The notes beneath the pieces are model-generated. The model had not been told where the DNA came from, made no database searches, and worked only from the letters and a program-made list of their open reading frames with translations. A stretch of DNA of 64,000 nt, from the IMG/VR virus record IMGVR_UViG_3300021400_000252; one strand, given 5' to 3'. Position 1 is the stretch's first letter. Every line of letters starts with the position of its first letter. Shown here in pieces: positions 12,809 to 22,972 of the stretch. The position numbers and the translations under genes were made by a program. Origin of the DNA: a virus (Duplodnaviria > Caudoviricetes).

Positions 12809-13729
12809 TTAATTAGAAATCAAATTACATACAATATAATCTAATAATATTTTAGAATTTCCGTAATCTAATTGTCCTAGATTTAATCTTAAATTAATAC
12901 TAGAAAGAAATTTTAATTGTTTTTCCATTCTCTCTAAATCTACATTTCTATAAAAATTCTTTAATGCCCAAACTTGTTTTGAAGTTAATTTTAAATCTGT
13001 TGGTAATACTCCACTATTTCCTTTAATTAAAATTAGTTGTTTTAATTTGTTAATCATTAAAGTTAAAATAAATATTGGATCGCTATCCCATAGTGTTCTA
13101 TGAGCTATCATATCAGTTAAAATTAATCTATCATTATTTATTAGTGCATCAACGAATTTAAAAGTATTTAATCCATATAAATGAGAATTCTTGTCATTTT
13201 TTAGTTTTAATAAAACTTCATTAGCAAGTTTTGGATCAAATAGATTAACTTTATCTAATTCATTATCGATTGCATAAACATTTCCATTTGTAACTGTATA
13301 TAACCAATCAGTTGCTTCTGGACTTAATGTTGGACATTGAACTTGTTTAATATAATCTTTTATTTGCCAATCAGTTAATTTTGGAACTTCAACAATATAT
13401 TGTTCTAATTTTGTTATCAACTTTTTATCTATTTTTTCACAAACAATTATAGTATTTTCAACTAAATCGAAATCATAATTTTCTTTAAATACGTCTGTTC
13501 TAATAATATTTAAATCTTTTTTAAAATCACCAATTAATGCTATAGCTGAATTCTTATTTACTTCAGCTAAACTATCAATTAGATTATGCTTATAACCATT
13601 TTGGTCACATATCCAATTAATATATTGATCAGCTAACCAAGTTTGTTTATCTTTACATACAAATACTAATAAATCAATAGTTAAAGTATCATCTTCAATA
13701 GAATGTTTTAATTCATCTAAGCTAATCAT
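12809..13729 (-). CDS. holA: DNA polymerase III delta-like clamp-loader subunit
   Basis: NELDK motif and F.FVDAL collar; follows delta' and gamma homologues, TAATG-coupled. Confidence 0.65.
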   Translation of the reverse strand: MISLDELKHSIEDDTLTIDLLVFVCKDKQTWLADQYINWICDQNGYKHNLIDSLAEVNKNSAIALIGDFKKDLNIIRTDVFKENYDFDLVENTIIVCEKIDKKLITKLEQYIVEVPKLTDWQIKDYIKQVQCPTLSPEATDWLYTVTNGNVYAIDNELDKVNLFDPKLANEVLLKLKNDKNSHLYGLNTFKFVDALINNDRLILTDMIAHRTLWDSDPIFILTLMINKLKQLILIKGNSGVLPTDLKLTSKQVWALKNFYRNVDLERMEKQLKFLSSINLRLNLGQLDYGNSKILLDYIVCNLISN

Positions 13730-14547
13730 TAATTATCACTTCCTAATACAACTTTATCATATAAAACCATTAGAAAATTTATCATAAATTGTTCTTTAAC
13801 TGGTTTATTTGCTTCAGTATATAAAGACTTATAATTATTAGTAATTTCATAAATCTTTAATGAATCTAAATTATTGGATAATAAATACTCATCAAATGCT
13901 ACATATTCTAATACATTTAAAAATAAATTAAAATCAAATAATTCATAATCTTCTTTATAATTTATTTTTGTAAAAATTCCTAAAAAAGATTCTTTAGTGT
14001 AAGCACGTATTGAACGAACAATTTTAGAACATAAAGTAGAAAGTTTAGTTAATTGGTCATCATCTTTATCTAATAGTTGACCTGGAGTTTTACAAACTTT
14101 ATACATTAAATCACTGAAATGCATATTATTTAATGATGCAATTTCTTTTAATTGATCTGGTGTATATTGAGCAAATCTAAATTTTATACATCTATTTAAT
14201 ATAGTTGGAAGTATAAATGACTCAGAAGTACTTGTTAAAATTACGAAAACATTTTTAGTAGGTTCTTCAATAAACTTTAAAAATTGATTTTGATTTTTCT
14301 GTTTAAATAAATCAAGATTAATCCTATAAATTTTTGGATGAACTCCATATAAATATGAATCTAGCTCTTCATCAGTAACTTCTTCACTTATATCTACAAT
14401 TTCTAAATCGACTTTCTTTGCTAAATAATTACTAATTAATTTCTTTCCACAACCATCTTCACCAATAAATAATATTGATTTTGGAAGTGATTCTCTAGTA
14501 TATTGATTAATTAAATTCATAATTGGTTCTTGTCCAATAATATTCAT
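13729..14547 (-). CDS. holB: DNA polymerase III delta'-like clamp-loader subunit
   Basis: IIGQE, GEDGCGK, N.FLKFIEEP, ILPTILNRC. Confidence 0.75.
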   Translation of the reverse strand: MNIIGQEPIMNLINQYTRESLPKSILFIGEDGCGKKLISNYLAKKVDLEIVDISEEVTDEELDSYLYGVHPKIYRINLDLFKQKNQNQFLKFIEEPTKNVFVILTSTSESFILPTILNRCIKFRFAQYTPDQLKEIASLNNMHFSDLMYKVCKTPGQLLDKDDDQLTKLSTLCSKIVRSIRAYTKESFLGIFTKINYKEDYELFDFNLFLNVLEYVAFDEYLLSNNLDSLKIYEITNNYKSLYTEANKPVKEQFMINFLMVLYDKVVLGSDN

Positions 14548-14560
14548 AATTAATCACCAC

Positions 14561-15589
14561 CTAACGTCTAATAAAAGATATTAAAGAAATAATAATAGTA
14601 TTTTGATAAGATGAATCGAATCTAACTAATGTTTTTAATTTTAATAATACTTCTGATAAATCATTTAAATAATTTATAGCTTCATTTGGATTACTTCCAC
14701 AATTAAATATAACAGATTGAACATTTTGTTCTAGATACTTTGGAATCGCAGTAACATCAATATTTCTAAATAAAACATATTTTGTTAAATCTAAATTAAA
14801 GCTTAGATAATTAGTTAAGAACGCTTTTAGATCATGTCCACTATTAAATAATGTAGTAATAATTTCAATGATTGTTTTTTGATCCTTTTCAATTAAAGCT
14901 TTAGTTAATCTTAACATATTTAATAAAGTTAAATCACCAACAACTGTTTTAACACTATCTAATGTTAAATTATCTGAATAATCTGAACATTGTTCTAATG
15001 TCATAATAGCATCACGAAGAGAACCATTACTAATCTTTGCAATTAAATCTAATGCATCTTCAGTGATTTTAATATTTTCACTATTACAAATAATTTGTAA
15101 TCTTGATTTAATATCTTCTAAAGAAATTTTACCAAAATTATATCTTTGTAATCTATTTAAAATTGTTTCAGGTATCTTTTCTGGTTCTGTTGTACAGAAG
15201 ATATAAATAGTAAATTCAGACGGTTCTTCAATACTCTTTAAGAATGCATTCCAAGCTGCTGAAGAGAACATGTGACATTCATCTAAAATAAATACCTTAT
15301 ATTCTCCATGCAAAACTCTTTTTCTAGATAATTTTAAAATATCTTTTACATCTTCTACTGAGTTATGTGAAGCACAGTCTAATTCAATTGGAGCTTCTTG
15401 ATCATTGACTTTATTTGCAAAAATCTTTGCTAATGTTGTCTTACCACAACCAGATGCTCCACTAAATAAATAGCCATGTTTAATTTTTTTATTCTTTAAT
15501 TGACTTTGTAGAATATCACAATTAATTGATTGTCCAACAACATGTTCAAATTCAGTTGGACGATATTTTACGGCTAAAGATTGTTCCAC
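14561..15589 (-). CDS. dnaX: DNA polymerase III gamma/tau clamp-loader ATPase (start revised to GTG 15589)
   Basis: LAVKYRP..F..VVGQ, GASGCGKTT, ILDECHM, NAFLKSIEEP, GSLRDA; GAGGTG RBS. Confidence 0.92.
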   Translation of the reverse strand: MEQSLAVKYRPTEFEHVVGQSINCDILQSQLKNKKIKHGYLFSGASGCGKTTLAKIFANKVNDQEAPIELDCASHNSVEDVKDILKLSRKRVLHGEYKVFILDECHMFSSAAWNAFLKSIEEPSEFTIYIFCTTEPEKIPETILNRLQRYNFGKISLEDIKSRLQIICNSENIKITEDALDLIAKISNGSLRDAIMTLEQCSDYSDNLTLDSVKTVVGDLTLLNMLRLTKALIEKDQKTIIEIITTLFNSGHDLKAFLTNYLSFNLDLTKYVLFRNIDVTAIPKYLEQNVQSVIFNCGSNPNEAINYLNDLSEVLLKLKTLVRFDSSYQNTIIISLISFIRR

Positions 15590-15621
15590 ATTATCACCTC
15601 GATATAATATAATACAACAAA

Positions 15622-15978
15622 TTAAAGTGGTTTTATTTGTTTTATATAGTCTATATTTAACCAACCCTCTCAAATTTTTGTTTGAGTAAATGAATCTCCA
15701 AGGTCAGCTTCAACACCCATAACTTGAATCATTTTAGCAATAGATTGGTTTACAGTTATTTTTAAATATTTTGAACTAGGTTTTCTAGTATTTTCCCATT
15801 CGTAAATTTTATCTGTTAATAATAATTCACTATTTAATTCAATAAGATAGCTTTTACCTACTGAATAAATATCACCAGAGTATTTAGGAATAAAATAAGA
15901 ATTTGTTTCTGGATCGTAAGAAGATGGAATAGCTAATTCTAGAGATAATAATTGTTTTTTAATTATGTCTGAAGGCAT
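15622..15978 (-). CDS. Hypothetical protein (reads through TGA at 15670-15672)
   Basis: Readthrough gives ..TKI-W-EGWLNIDYIKQIKPL* and removes the apparent overlap with the dnaX track ORF; AGGAG RBS. Confidence 0.65.
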
Positions 15979-15988
15979 ATTAATCTCC

Positions 15989-16384
15989 TTATTCTTCTGG
16001 ATTATTTTTTAATTCTGCAATATAATCCAATAACATATTAAATAATCTCTCATCAATAATGTAATGATTTTCATTATATGGAGCATCAGGACCAAAATTA
16101 ATTACGATAGCTGAATAGTGTTTACCCATTTGAATACTTTCTTTTAGTTGTTTATCAAACCATTCTTTTTTAATAGAAATTGATTCGGAATTTGATGTTT
16201 TTGTTTTACATTCTAAAGTAAAGTCTTCTAATAAAACATCTGATTTTTGAAATAATGAAGCACCAGAGTTTTTTGTTTGTTTACCACCTGTAGCTTTTGC
16301 TACAGCTTTTTCTTGTTTATCTGAGAAAAATCTGGTGGGTTTACCACCAGAACTCTCGGATTTTATTCTAAACGGATTGGACAT
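15989..16384 (-). CDS. Small PD-(D/E)XK nuclease, phage Holliday-junction-resolvase-like
   Basis: QE..VAK..GG....SGA....KSDV.....LECKT; directly downstream of recA. Confidence 0.65.
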   Translation of the reverse strand: MSNPFRIKSESSGGKPTRFFSDKQEKAVAKATGGKQTKNSGASLFQKSDVLLEDFTLECKTKTSNSESISIKKEWFDKQLKESIQMGKHYSAIVINFGPDAPYNENHYIIDERLFNMLLDYIAELKNNPEE

Positions 16385-17633
16385 CTTGTAAATCTTCTTC
16401 AGTAAGTCCATCAGCAGCTAGAGCTGCGGCTTCTGTTGGAATATCTTTCATAATCTGTGCTTCTTGATCCATTAATTCAGCTACGACATTTTGATCTAAT
16501 AAATTTAAGTTTTCTTTCTTACCACATAAGAAATCTAAAACTTGGAAATAGTATTCATCAAAGAAATCTTTATTTTCTTCAAGATAATTTTCTAATTCAG
16601 CATGTTTTGAAAATTGTAAATCTCTTCCTGTAACTTTATCTTTTAAAATTTCACCTGTTACTGGATCAACTAATGCTTCTGTTCTAGGAGATGGATGGAA
16701 TAAAATTTTAGCAGTTTCTATAACCTCTAAGAAGTCATATACTCTATCAATTCCTTTTCCAAATTTAACTGTAATAAATCCACCAGCATTTGTCATAATA
16801 TTAGTTCTATTTTTTACTACAACATAATGGAATTGCATTCCGTTAACCTTATCGGCATAGTCACTTTGAGCTTTAGATGAACTAATATCCGTTTTTAATA
16901 AACCTGTAGCAGTTGGAGCCGTAAATGTACGTGTACCAAATCTAATCTTAACACTTGGGAAGAATCTTAATGAATAACCACCAGATTCAGTATATGTTGT
17001 TGAGAACATTTCTTTTTCAATAGTTACTTGATTTATTACTAATAAAATATTATTTCTCTTAGGAAGATATTGAACCATTGCTCTGACAAATTTACCCATA
17101 GACTTAGCAATAGAAGCTCTTTGACCATTATCTTTAACAAATTCATTATCTAAATCAGCCATTGAAATTAAAGCTTTAGATGAATCTAATACAATCATAC
17201 CAATTTCATCATATCCTTGTAAATCGATAACATCTGAAAAAATTTCCTCAGCAGCTTTACCAGTAGTATCATACCTTAAGAAACAACTTTCATCATAAGA
17301 TAGACCATAATCAGATTTAAAATATGCACCTTGAGTTAATAGAGTATTTTCTCCATCAATCCAAAGACAAACTTTTCCAGGATTTTCTTCTTGATATCTT
17401 GCCATCATTGCTGCAGCGTAAGAAGATTTACCTGAATGTTCTACACCAGAAACAGTAACTAATTGTCCATAAGGTAAACCACCTTTAAATGATAAATCAA
17501 TTGGAAGAGATTTTAAAGGTAATTTCTTTAAATCTCTAGATGGATCACCAAATGAAAGAACTTTTCATTTTTTATTAGCGGAATTTATATTTGCAACCGC
17601 TTCTGCAAATGTTTTTGCTTCCTTTTTAGCCAT
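16368..17633 (-). CDS. recA: RecA/UvsX-like recombinase (421 aa; TGA=Trp at 17565-17567)
   Basis: Walker A GVEHSGKS and GGLPYG lie upstream of the track ORF; ATG 17633 is TAATG-coupled to the upstream gene; IDGE, VLDS, INQV, SGG..LRF motifs. Confidence 0.9.
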
Positions 17634-18160
17634 TAATTATCTCCATTTTCATCATTATTATAAGGCATTTGATCTAATTCACTACGTGGACTATATTGAT
17701 TCTTAGCTTCAGCAGCTCTTGAGATCAAAATATTACTTAATACACTTACAATTCTATGTGCTTCATCACACTTAGTTTTTAATAAGTTTGTCGAAGTATT
17801 ATACAATATTGAAACAGCTTGTCTATCTAAAGTATCTAGAATAGATTGATTCTTTTTTGCTTCTACAGAACCAGCTGTAGTTGAGAATGAACGTGCGGCT
17901 GCTTCTTTATATAAAGCTGAGGCACAAGCATCTCTAAGAGAATTTTGTTCTTTTAAAATTCCAATAGAATAAGCTTCAACACTGATCTTAGCCATAGTTT
18001 CTCTTATTTCAGCGTTGGTCATTAAATCAACACCAAGAGCAACTTTCTTAATTAAAGCATCTAATCTTGCAGTCATTTCATTAGTAAGATCTGCAACTGA
18101 TTCAGCTAATTGATCTACAACCTTATTTACTTCATCTTTAGCATTAGTAATATCTATCAT
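17633..18160 (-). CDS. Helical protein, possible UvsY-like recombination mediator
   Basis: Coiled-coil character; translationally coupled between recU and recA; function inferred from context only. Confidence 0.35.
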   Translation of the reverse strand: MIDITNAKDEVNKVVDQLAESVADLTNEMTARLDALIKKVALGVDLMTNAEIRETMAKISVEAYSIGILKEQNSLRDACASALYKEAAARSFSTTAGSVEAKKNQSILDTLDRQAVSILYNTSTNLLKTKCDEAHRIVSVLSNILISRAAEAKNQYSPRSELDQMPYNNDENGDN

Positions 18161-18654
18161 TATATCACCTCTTTATTTAATATTTTATCTTTAATTGATA
18201 AAAAATCACACTTTAAGAATGTTGAAAGTTTCTTAGTAGGTACAATTATATAATTATAATCAGTAGATTTTGAAGTAAATAATTTAACATTGATTGATTT
18301 ATTTCCATCATTCTTTATTCTCATAGCTTCTTGGTCAGAAACCATGACAACTAAATCATGGCTCTTATACCAAATAACTACATATCCCATAACATTTTTA
18401 TAAGTTGTTGATAACTTATACATACGTTCTAATTGAGGAAATTTTTGAAAATTTAAAGTATTTTCTTCAGTAACTTTACATTCTAAATAGATTAATTTAT
18501 CTTCTAAAAATGAATAATAATCGGCAGGGTTTTGAGACACATCTTTATATTTTGTTATTTGATCGTATAAACGAGCAATTAAATATTCCGGAAATGATTT
18601 AGACCAGTAATCTTTAAAGTGCTCTTCCCAAGCTTTACCGTAATTATATGCCAT
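18160..18654 (-). CDS. recU: RecU-like Holliday junction resolvase
   Basis: NYGK.WE, P.DY, YLECK, FPQ motifs. Confidence 0.75.
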   Translation of the reverse strand: MAYNYGKAWEEHFKDYWSKSFPEYLIARLYDQITKYKDVSQNPADYYSFLEDKLIYLECKVTEENTLNFQKFPQLERMYKLSTTYKNVMGYVVIWYKSHDLVVMVSDQEAMRIKNDGNKSINVKLFTSKSTDYNYIIVPTKKLSTFLKCDFLSIKDKILNKEVI

Positions 18655-18656
18655 TT

Positions 18657-19799
18657 TTATTCTCCAAATTCAGATCTAGGCCATTCAGGAATTAAGTTAT
18701 ACACATTATTATAAGTAATTAAAATTGGATTTGTTCTAATTACATCAGACTTAATTCCAAACTTAATATTAATTAAATCTGTAGTACAACTATTTAAGAT
18801 TGATTTAATGTCATAAGTATTAATTATAATTGAAATAGGAGCTTCAACCTTAGTTCCAAGTTCTAAGTATTCCATATTCTTATTCTTATCAATAATTGTA
18901 CATTCATTTTCATTTAAAACTAAATTAACTAGAGATGTTGTCTTTTCAAATAAATCGTCTGTTGACTTTCTAAAAGTGTCTAATCTATTTAAAACTTCAT
19001 AAAAAGCTTTAACTGGGAAATCAACATTATGACTATAATCTAAATTAAACATTCTCTTTGAAGATTCATAATTTGATCGAATTCTAGTAATTAAAATATC
19101 ATCAATATTAATATAAGAACATAAATAAACCTTATCTGAAACTAAAGATAACTTAGCTGTTGCATTATCAACTCCATAAGTAGCTTTAACATCCGTAGTA
19201 AATAACTTAAATAGATTTACAAAATGTTCACTTAACATTAATTCAGCATCAGTATTTAATTCAAACTGATTAAAACAGCTACCAATTCCAAATGTAAAAC
19301 ATCCATTCTTTGTTAAATAGAATAAATGATGGATTGGATCATCTGAATCCTTTACTTTCTTTACTTCTTTAGCATTAACATTTAAGATTGATTCCAAATT
19401 AGCTAAAGAAAAATCAAATTCAGAAAGTTTATTTTCAATTACTATCGGTTTAATCTGATTATTTAATTCTCTAACAATATATGGTAATGAATACTTTGAT
19501 TTGCCACTCTTAATTTTTAAAGATGTTTCTTCAAAAATTAATTCAATTTCTTCTGAAGCTAAACTTGAAACTAAAGTTAAGAATGCTTCAGCACCAACTA
19601 CAGCAGATTTATCTTCTGAATTGTCTGTTGGCTCAGCTTCTGCTTTTACAGAAACATAATATTCTTTATTTGTAACGCTTAAATATAATAAATTATCTTT
19701 AGTATTAAGCTTTACATCTTCAATATTCTTAGAATCTACACTACGTGCAGTACTAATTAATGAAACTAATTCTTTAATATTTTCTGTTTTTATTAACAT
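18657..19799 (-). CDS. dnaN: DNA sliding clamp, beta (DnaN)-like
   Basis: 380 aa; L.L.VTN.E and LKIKSGKSKYSL patterns of beta-clamp domain 1; near the clamp-loader genes. Confidence 0.65.
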   Translation of the reverse strand: MLIKTENIKELVSLISTARSVDSKNIEDVKLNTKDNLLYLSVTNKEYYVSVKAEAEPTDNSEDKSAVVGAEAFLTLVSSLASEEIELIFEETSLKIKSGKSKYSLPYIVRELNNQIKPIVIENKLSEFDFSLANLESILNVNAKEVKKVKDSDDPIHHLFYLTKNGCFTFGIGSCFNQFELNTDAELMLSEHFVNLFKLFTTDVKATYGVDNATAKLSLVSDKVYLCSYINIDDILITRIRSNYESSKRMFNLDYSHNVDFPVKAFYEVLNRLDTFRKSTDDLFEKTTSLVNLVLNENECTIIDKNKNMEYLELGTKVEAPISIIINTYDIKSILNSCTTDLINIKFGIKSDVIRTNPILITYNNVYNLIPEWPRSEFGE

Positions 19800-19848
19800 T
19801 ATTTCACCATACTTTCAATATTTTTATTATATATTATTATACAATATT

Positions 19849-21036
19849 TTATTGGTCTTCCCAAACTTTAGGGTCATCTGGATCCCATTCAATAACATCT
19901 TTTTTATTAGTTAAAACATCTATTACTGCTTGTTTAGGTAATTCACAATTTTCTTCAAGGATAATATCTTTTGCTTCTTCGAAAGACTTACCTTTAGATT
20001 CTAATTTCTTAAAATCATCTAAAATGTGGTTAGCTAACTCATCACCATACCAACGTTGAACATTATATGGGTCACAACTCATTGGAACTTTCATATAAGG
20101 TTTAGCTGAATCAATCATAATTTGTGGTAATCTTTCTTCTACTTCTTTATTATAGAAGTCTAGACATTCAACTAATATTTCATCATGTACTGAACAAACT
20201 AATCTAGCACCATATTCTTTTAATTTTTCATCAAAATAAATATTTACCATTGCTATCTTTGTTAAAGTAGCAGCACCACCTTGAATTCTTGCATTAAAGC
20301 ATTGTCTTTCACATTGTGCGATAGTTCCAGTATTTGATATTAAAATATAACCATCTTTTCTAGCTTGTTGTTGGAGCTTTTCAAAAGCTTTATCACCTTT
20401 ACATTCTTCAGCTTTAGCTAAATAAGATTTCATTTTATCAGTAACTAATTCTCTATCTTTACAACCTAAAATCGGATTAAAAGTCTCAGTTTTATTTTTA
20501 GTTGGATCCTCATATCGAATTTCAAATCTAGGTAAGAAATATTTTGGTAAATGTCTACGTCTACCAAACCAGTCTTCGACATAACCATACTTTTTTAAAC
20601 TCTCTTTTGAATAATCAATAGCTTCTTTTACTTTACTGAATTCTGCGAAGAAGTTATCAAGTAGTTCTTGACCTTCCTCTTTTGATTTACCCATTGTCAT
20701 ACCAGCTCTTGCAGCACCCATACCATAAGTAGATGCTAATAAAAGTTTTTTACCAATAGTTCTATTAGCTTTACCTTGTAAATTTTTATGTGTTTTATGT
20801 CCAGCAATAATTTTCTTTCCATCTATTTCTATTTCAGTACCTTCAGGATAAAATTCAAGATTATCTTCATAATTATTCTTTAAAGCACCAGCAGAAATAA
20901 CAGCATATAAGTCTTTACCTTCTAAGTATGCATTTAACATTTTTTCCTCACCAGATAAGTGACATGTTAAACGAGGTTCTTGAGCTGAGAAGTCTGAACC
21001 TACGATTTTTCGTCTAATTCTTGTTTTAATCTTCAT
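19849..21036 (-). CDS. Family A DNA polymerase, C-terminal catalytic part
   Basis: Motif A DFSAQEPR, motif B R..GK..LLA..YG, NARIQG, motif C VHDE; own AGGAGAGG RBS. Confidence 0.92.
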   Translation of the reverse strand: MKIKTRIRRKIVGSDFSAQEPRLTCHLSGEEKMLNAYLEGKDLYAVISAGALKNNYEDNLEFYPEGTEIEIDGKKIIAGHKTHKNLQGKANRTIGKKLLLASTYGMGAARAGMTMGKSKEEGQELLDNFFAEFSKVKEAIDYSKESLKKYGYVEDWFGRRRHLPKYFLPRFEIRYEDPTKNKTETFNPILGCKDRELVTDKMKSYLAKAEECKGDKAFEKLQQQARKDGYILISNTGTIAQCERQCFNARIQGGAATLTKIAMVNIYFDEKLKEYGARLVCSVHDEILVECLDFYNKEVEERLPQIMIDSAKPYMKVPMSCDPYNVQRWYGDELANHILDDFKKLESKGKSFEEAKDIILEENCELPKQAVIDVLTNKKDVIEWDPDDPKVWEDQ

Positions 21037-21046
21037 AATACCTCTC

Positions 21047-22891
21047 CTAAATACTTATAGAATAAGTCTTATTTTGTTCAGAATAGCTTATTTCTTTAAT
21101 CTTGAATAAACCTTCATCTGTAACTAATAAATCATCCTGAGTTAAATCTTTACAATATTTATAACCATTATTTGTTTCTAATTCTTCATATTCATTAATT
21201 TCAAAATTATCTGTAAAATCTTTTTCACCATAAGTAGTTTCACCAACAAATAATGTTCTAATATTTGTACTACCACTTGGAATATTCTGAATATTAATTC
21301 CAGGAACTTCTACTCTTTCCTCTTCATCAGTTCCATAATTATCCACATAAGCAATATCACCACCAGAAGAAAATCTTCCTGTATCAGTTCCTAATTGATT
21401 TAGGTGGAATCTAATACGACCATCTGGCCAATGCTTACATAAGATTGGAATAGTATCAATATAAGTTGAAATTAATTTCATATAACCACGACGTTCTAGA
21501 ATATAACCAATTAATTTTGTAGGTTTTAGTTCATTCATTTCTTCTAGAATATCGCCACCAGTACCACGAGGATTTTCTTTATCAACAACTGGCATTTTTA
21601 AAATATCATATAATAAAATTGACAATTGAACTGGAGAGCTTAATGGAATTGGCCAATTTAATTGTTCAGATTTAGTTGCACCATATTTAAATCTATTACC
21701 TTCTTCATCAACATTTGGATATTTTTTCTTAATATCACTTAACGATAATTTTGTTTTCTTTGGTACATATACAATAGTCTTCTCATTAGCTTCTGGAGTT
21801 AATCTCCATTGATCAATTAGTGGTTTATATTGAGCCATTTCAACTTCAACCTTTTCGTCTAATTGTTCTACTAATCTAGTATATTTCTTCTTTAACATTT
21901 TACCATATACTTCATCAACTTTAATTCCAACTAATTCTTGAGCGGCTGTTGCTAATAAAATATTCATTTCTACTCTTGTAAATAGTTTAAATAGACGTTC
22001 ATTTCCTTCAGCTAATAAAGTTTTTAATTGGAATTCACAAACTTTATTTGTCATTAACGCATCTGTCGCAGCATATAATGCAAAAATATTTGGATCAGAA
22101 TCAGCATAGAAAGTATTTAAATATAAACCTTCTAGATTATATTTAGATTGTGTTTTATCGATAAACTTAGTATATAAGTATTTCAAACCTGCTAAGTCAT
22201 TTTCATCAATTAATCTAGCTGCAAGTTGAGTATCGTAATCAACTGGAACTAGTACTCCACAAGTACAATAAATAACTTCTCTATCGAATTTACCATTAGC
22301 CATAACAATTAATGGACATGGAACATCTTCATTTCTTTTTAATTTATGTTCAATCCAATATTCTAAATATTGTTGTGTTTCAACTTGAGATGGAGCAGTA
22401 AATTCTGGTTGCCATTTAGAACGTAATTCAGCTAAAAAATTAAATTCATCAGCAATATCTTTTTCAGTTAGTTGCCAGTCTAAACGCTTTTTTGTATGTG
22501 GGTCTCTGTGGTTAATAGGAATATATGCTTGTTTACCACCTGGATAATGTAAACATAGACCAATTATTTTACAAGTAATTGGATCCAATGAGTTATTAGT
22601 TTCGGTATCGACAGCTAATACACCAACCTTACAAGCTTCAAGAATATAATTATGAAATTCAGTTTTATCTGAGATAACAACAATATTTTTCTTTTGTTTT
22701 CCTAAAACTTTTAAAACACGTTCATGAATAATTGAAATTCTTTCATCAATAGAGATTTTATTAGATTTTAATACAGTTTTTATATCAGATTCAGTAGCTT
22801 CTTTTGCTTTAATTAAAGCTAATAAATCGTTAATAGATTTTTTCTTATTTTTATTTAGATCTATATCATCAAATAATCCTAAAATATCCAT
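21047..22891 (-). CDS. Family A DNA polymerase, N-terminal part (3'-5' exonuclease, thumb) with a degenerate Hint-like C-terminal tail
   Basis: VDTET, N.KFD, YAATDA, TGRFSS, NIQNIP..IRTLF; ends at TAG. Confidence 0.9.
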   Translation of the reverse strand: MDILGLFDDIDLNKNKKKSINDLLALIKAKEATESDIKTVLKSNKISIDERISIIHERVLKVLGKQKKNIVVISDKTEFHNYILEACKVGVLAVDTETNNSLDPITCKIIGLCLHYPGGKQAYIPINHRDPHTKKRLDWQLTEKDIADEFNFLAELRSKWQPEFTAPSQVETQQYLEYWIEHKLKRNEDVPCPLIVMANGKFDREVIYCTCGVLVPVDYDTQLAARLIDENDLAGLKYLYTKFIDKTQSKYNLEGLYLNTFYADSDPNIFALYAATDALMTNKVCEFQLKTLLAEGNERLFKLFTRVEMNILLATAAQELVGIKVDEVYGKMLKKKYTRLVEQLDEKVEVEMAQYKPLIDQWRLTPEANEKTIVYVPKKTKLSLSDIKKKYPNVDEEGNRFKYGATKSEQLNWPIPLSSPVQLSILLYDILKMPVVDKENPRGTGGDILEEMNELKPTKLIGYILERRGYMKLISTYIDTIPILCKHWPDGRIRFHLNQLGTDTGRFSSGGDIAYVDNYGTDEEERVEVPGINIQNIPSGSTNIRTLFVGETTYGEKDFTDNFEINEYEELETNNGYKYCKDLTQDDLLVTDEGLFKIKEISYSEQNKTYSISI

Positions 22892-22913
22892 AAAGTCTCC
22901 TTATTTATAAATT

Positions 22914-22946
22914 AAGAGTGGACTTAATAACTTATAATCCACTCTT
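22914..22946 (-). terminator. Hairpin downstream of the SSB gene
   Basis: aagagtgga...tccactctt inverted repeat. Confidence 0.5.
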
Positions 22947-22972
22947 TAAATTAATTTAATATTAAATTTAAA

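Noticed and set aside
21037-21049. TAG recoding (code 15) joining the polymerase halves
   Set aside because: The downstream half is in a different frame with its own RBS, and TAG is a normal stop in many genes here
21000-21240. Functional split intein or group I intron in polA
   Set aside because: No recognisable splicing residues and only 10 bp between the genes; kept only as a degenerate remnant hypothesis
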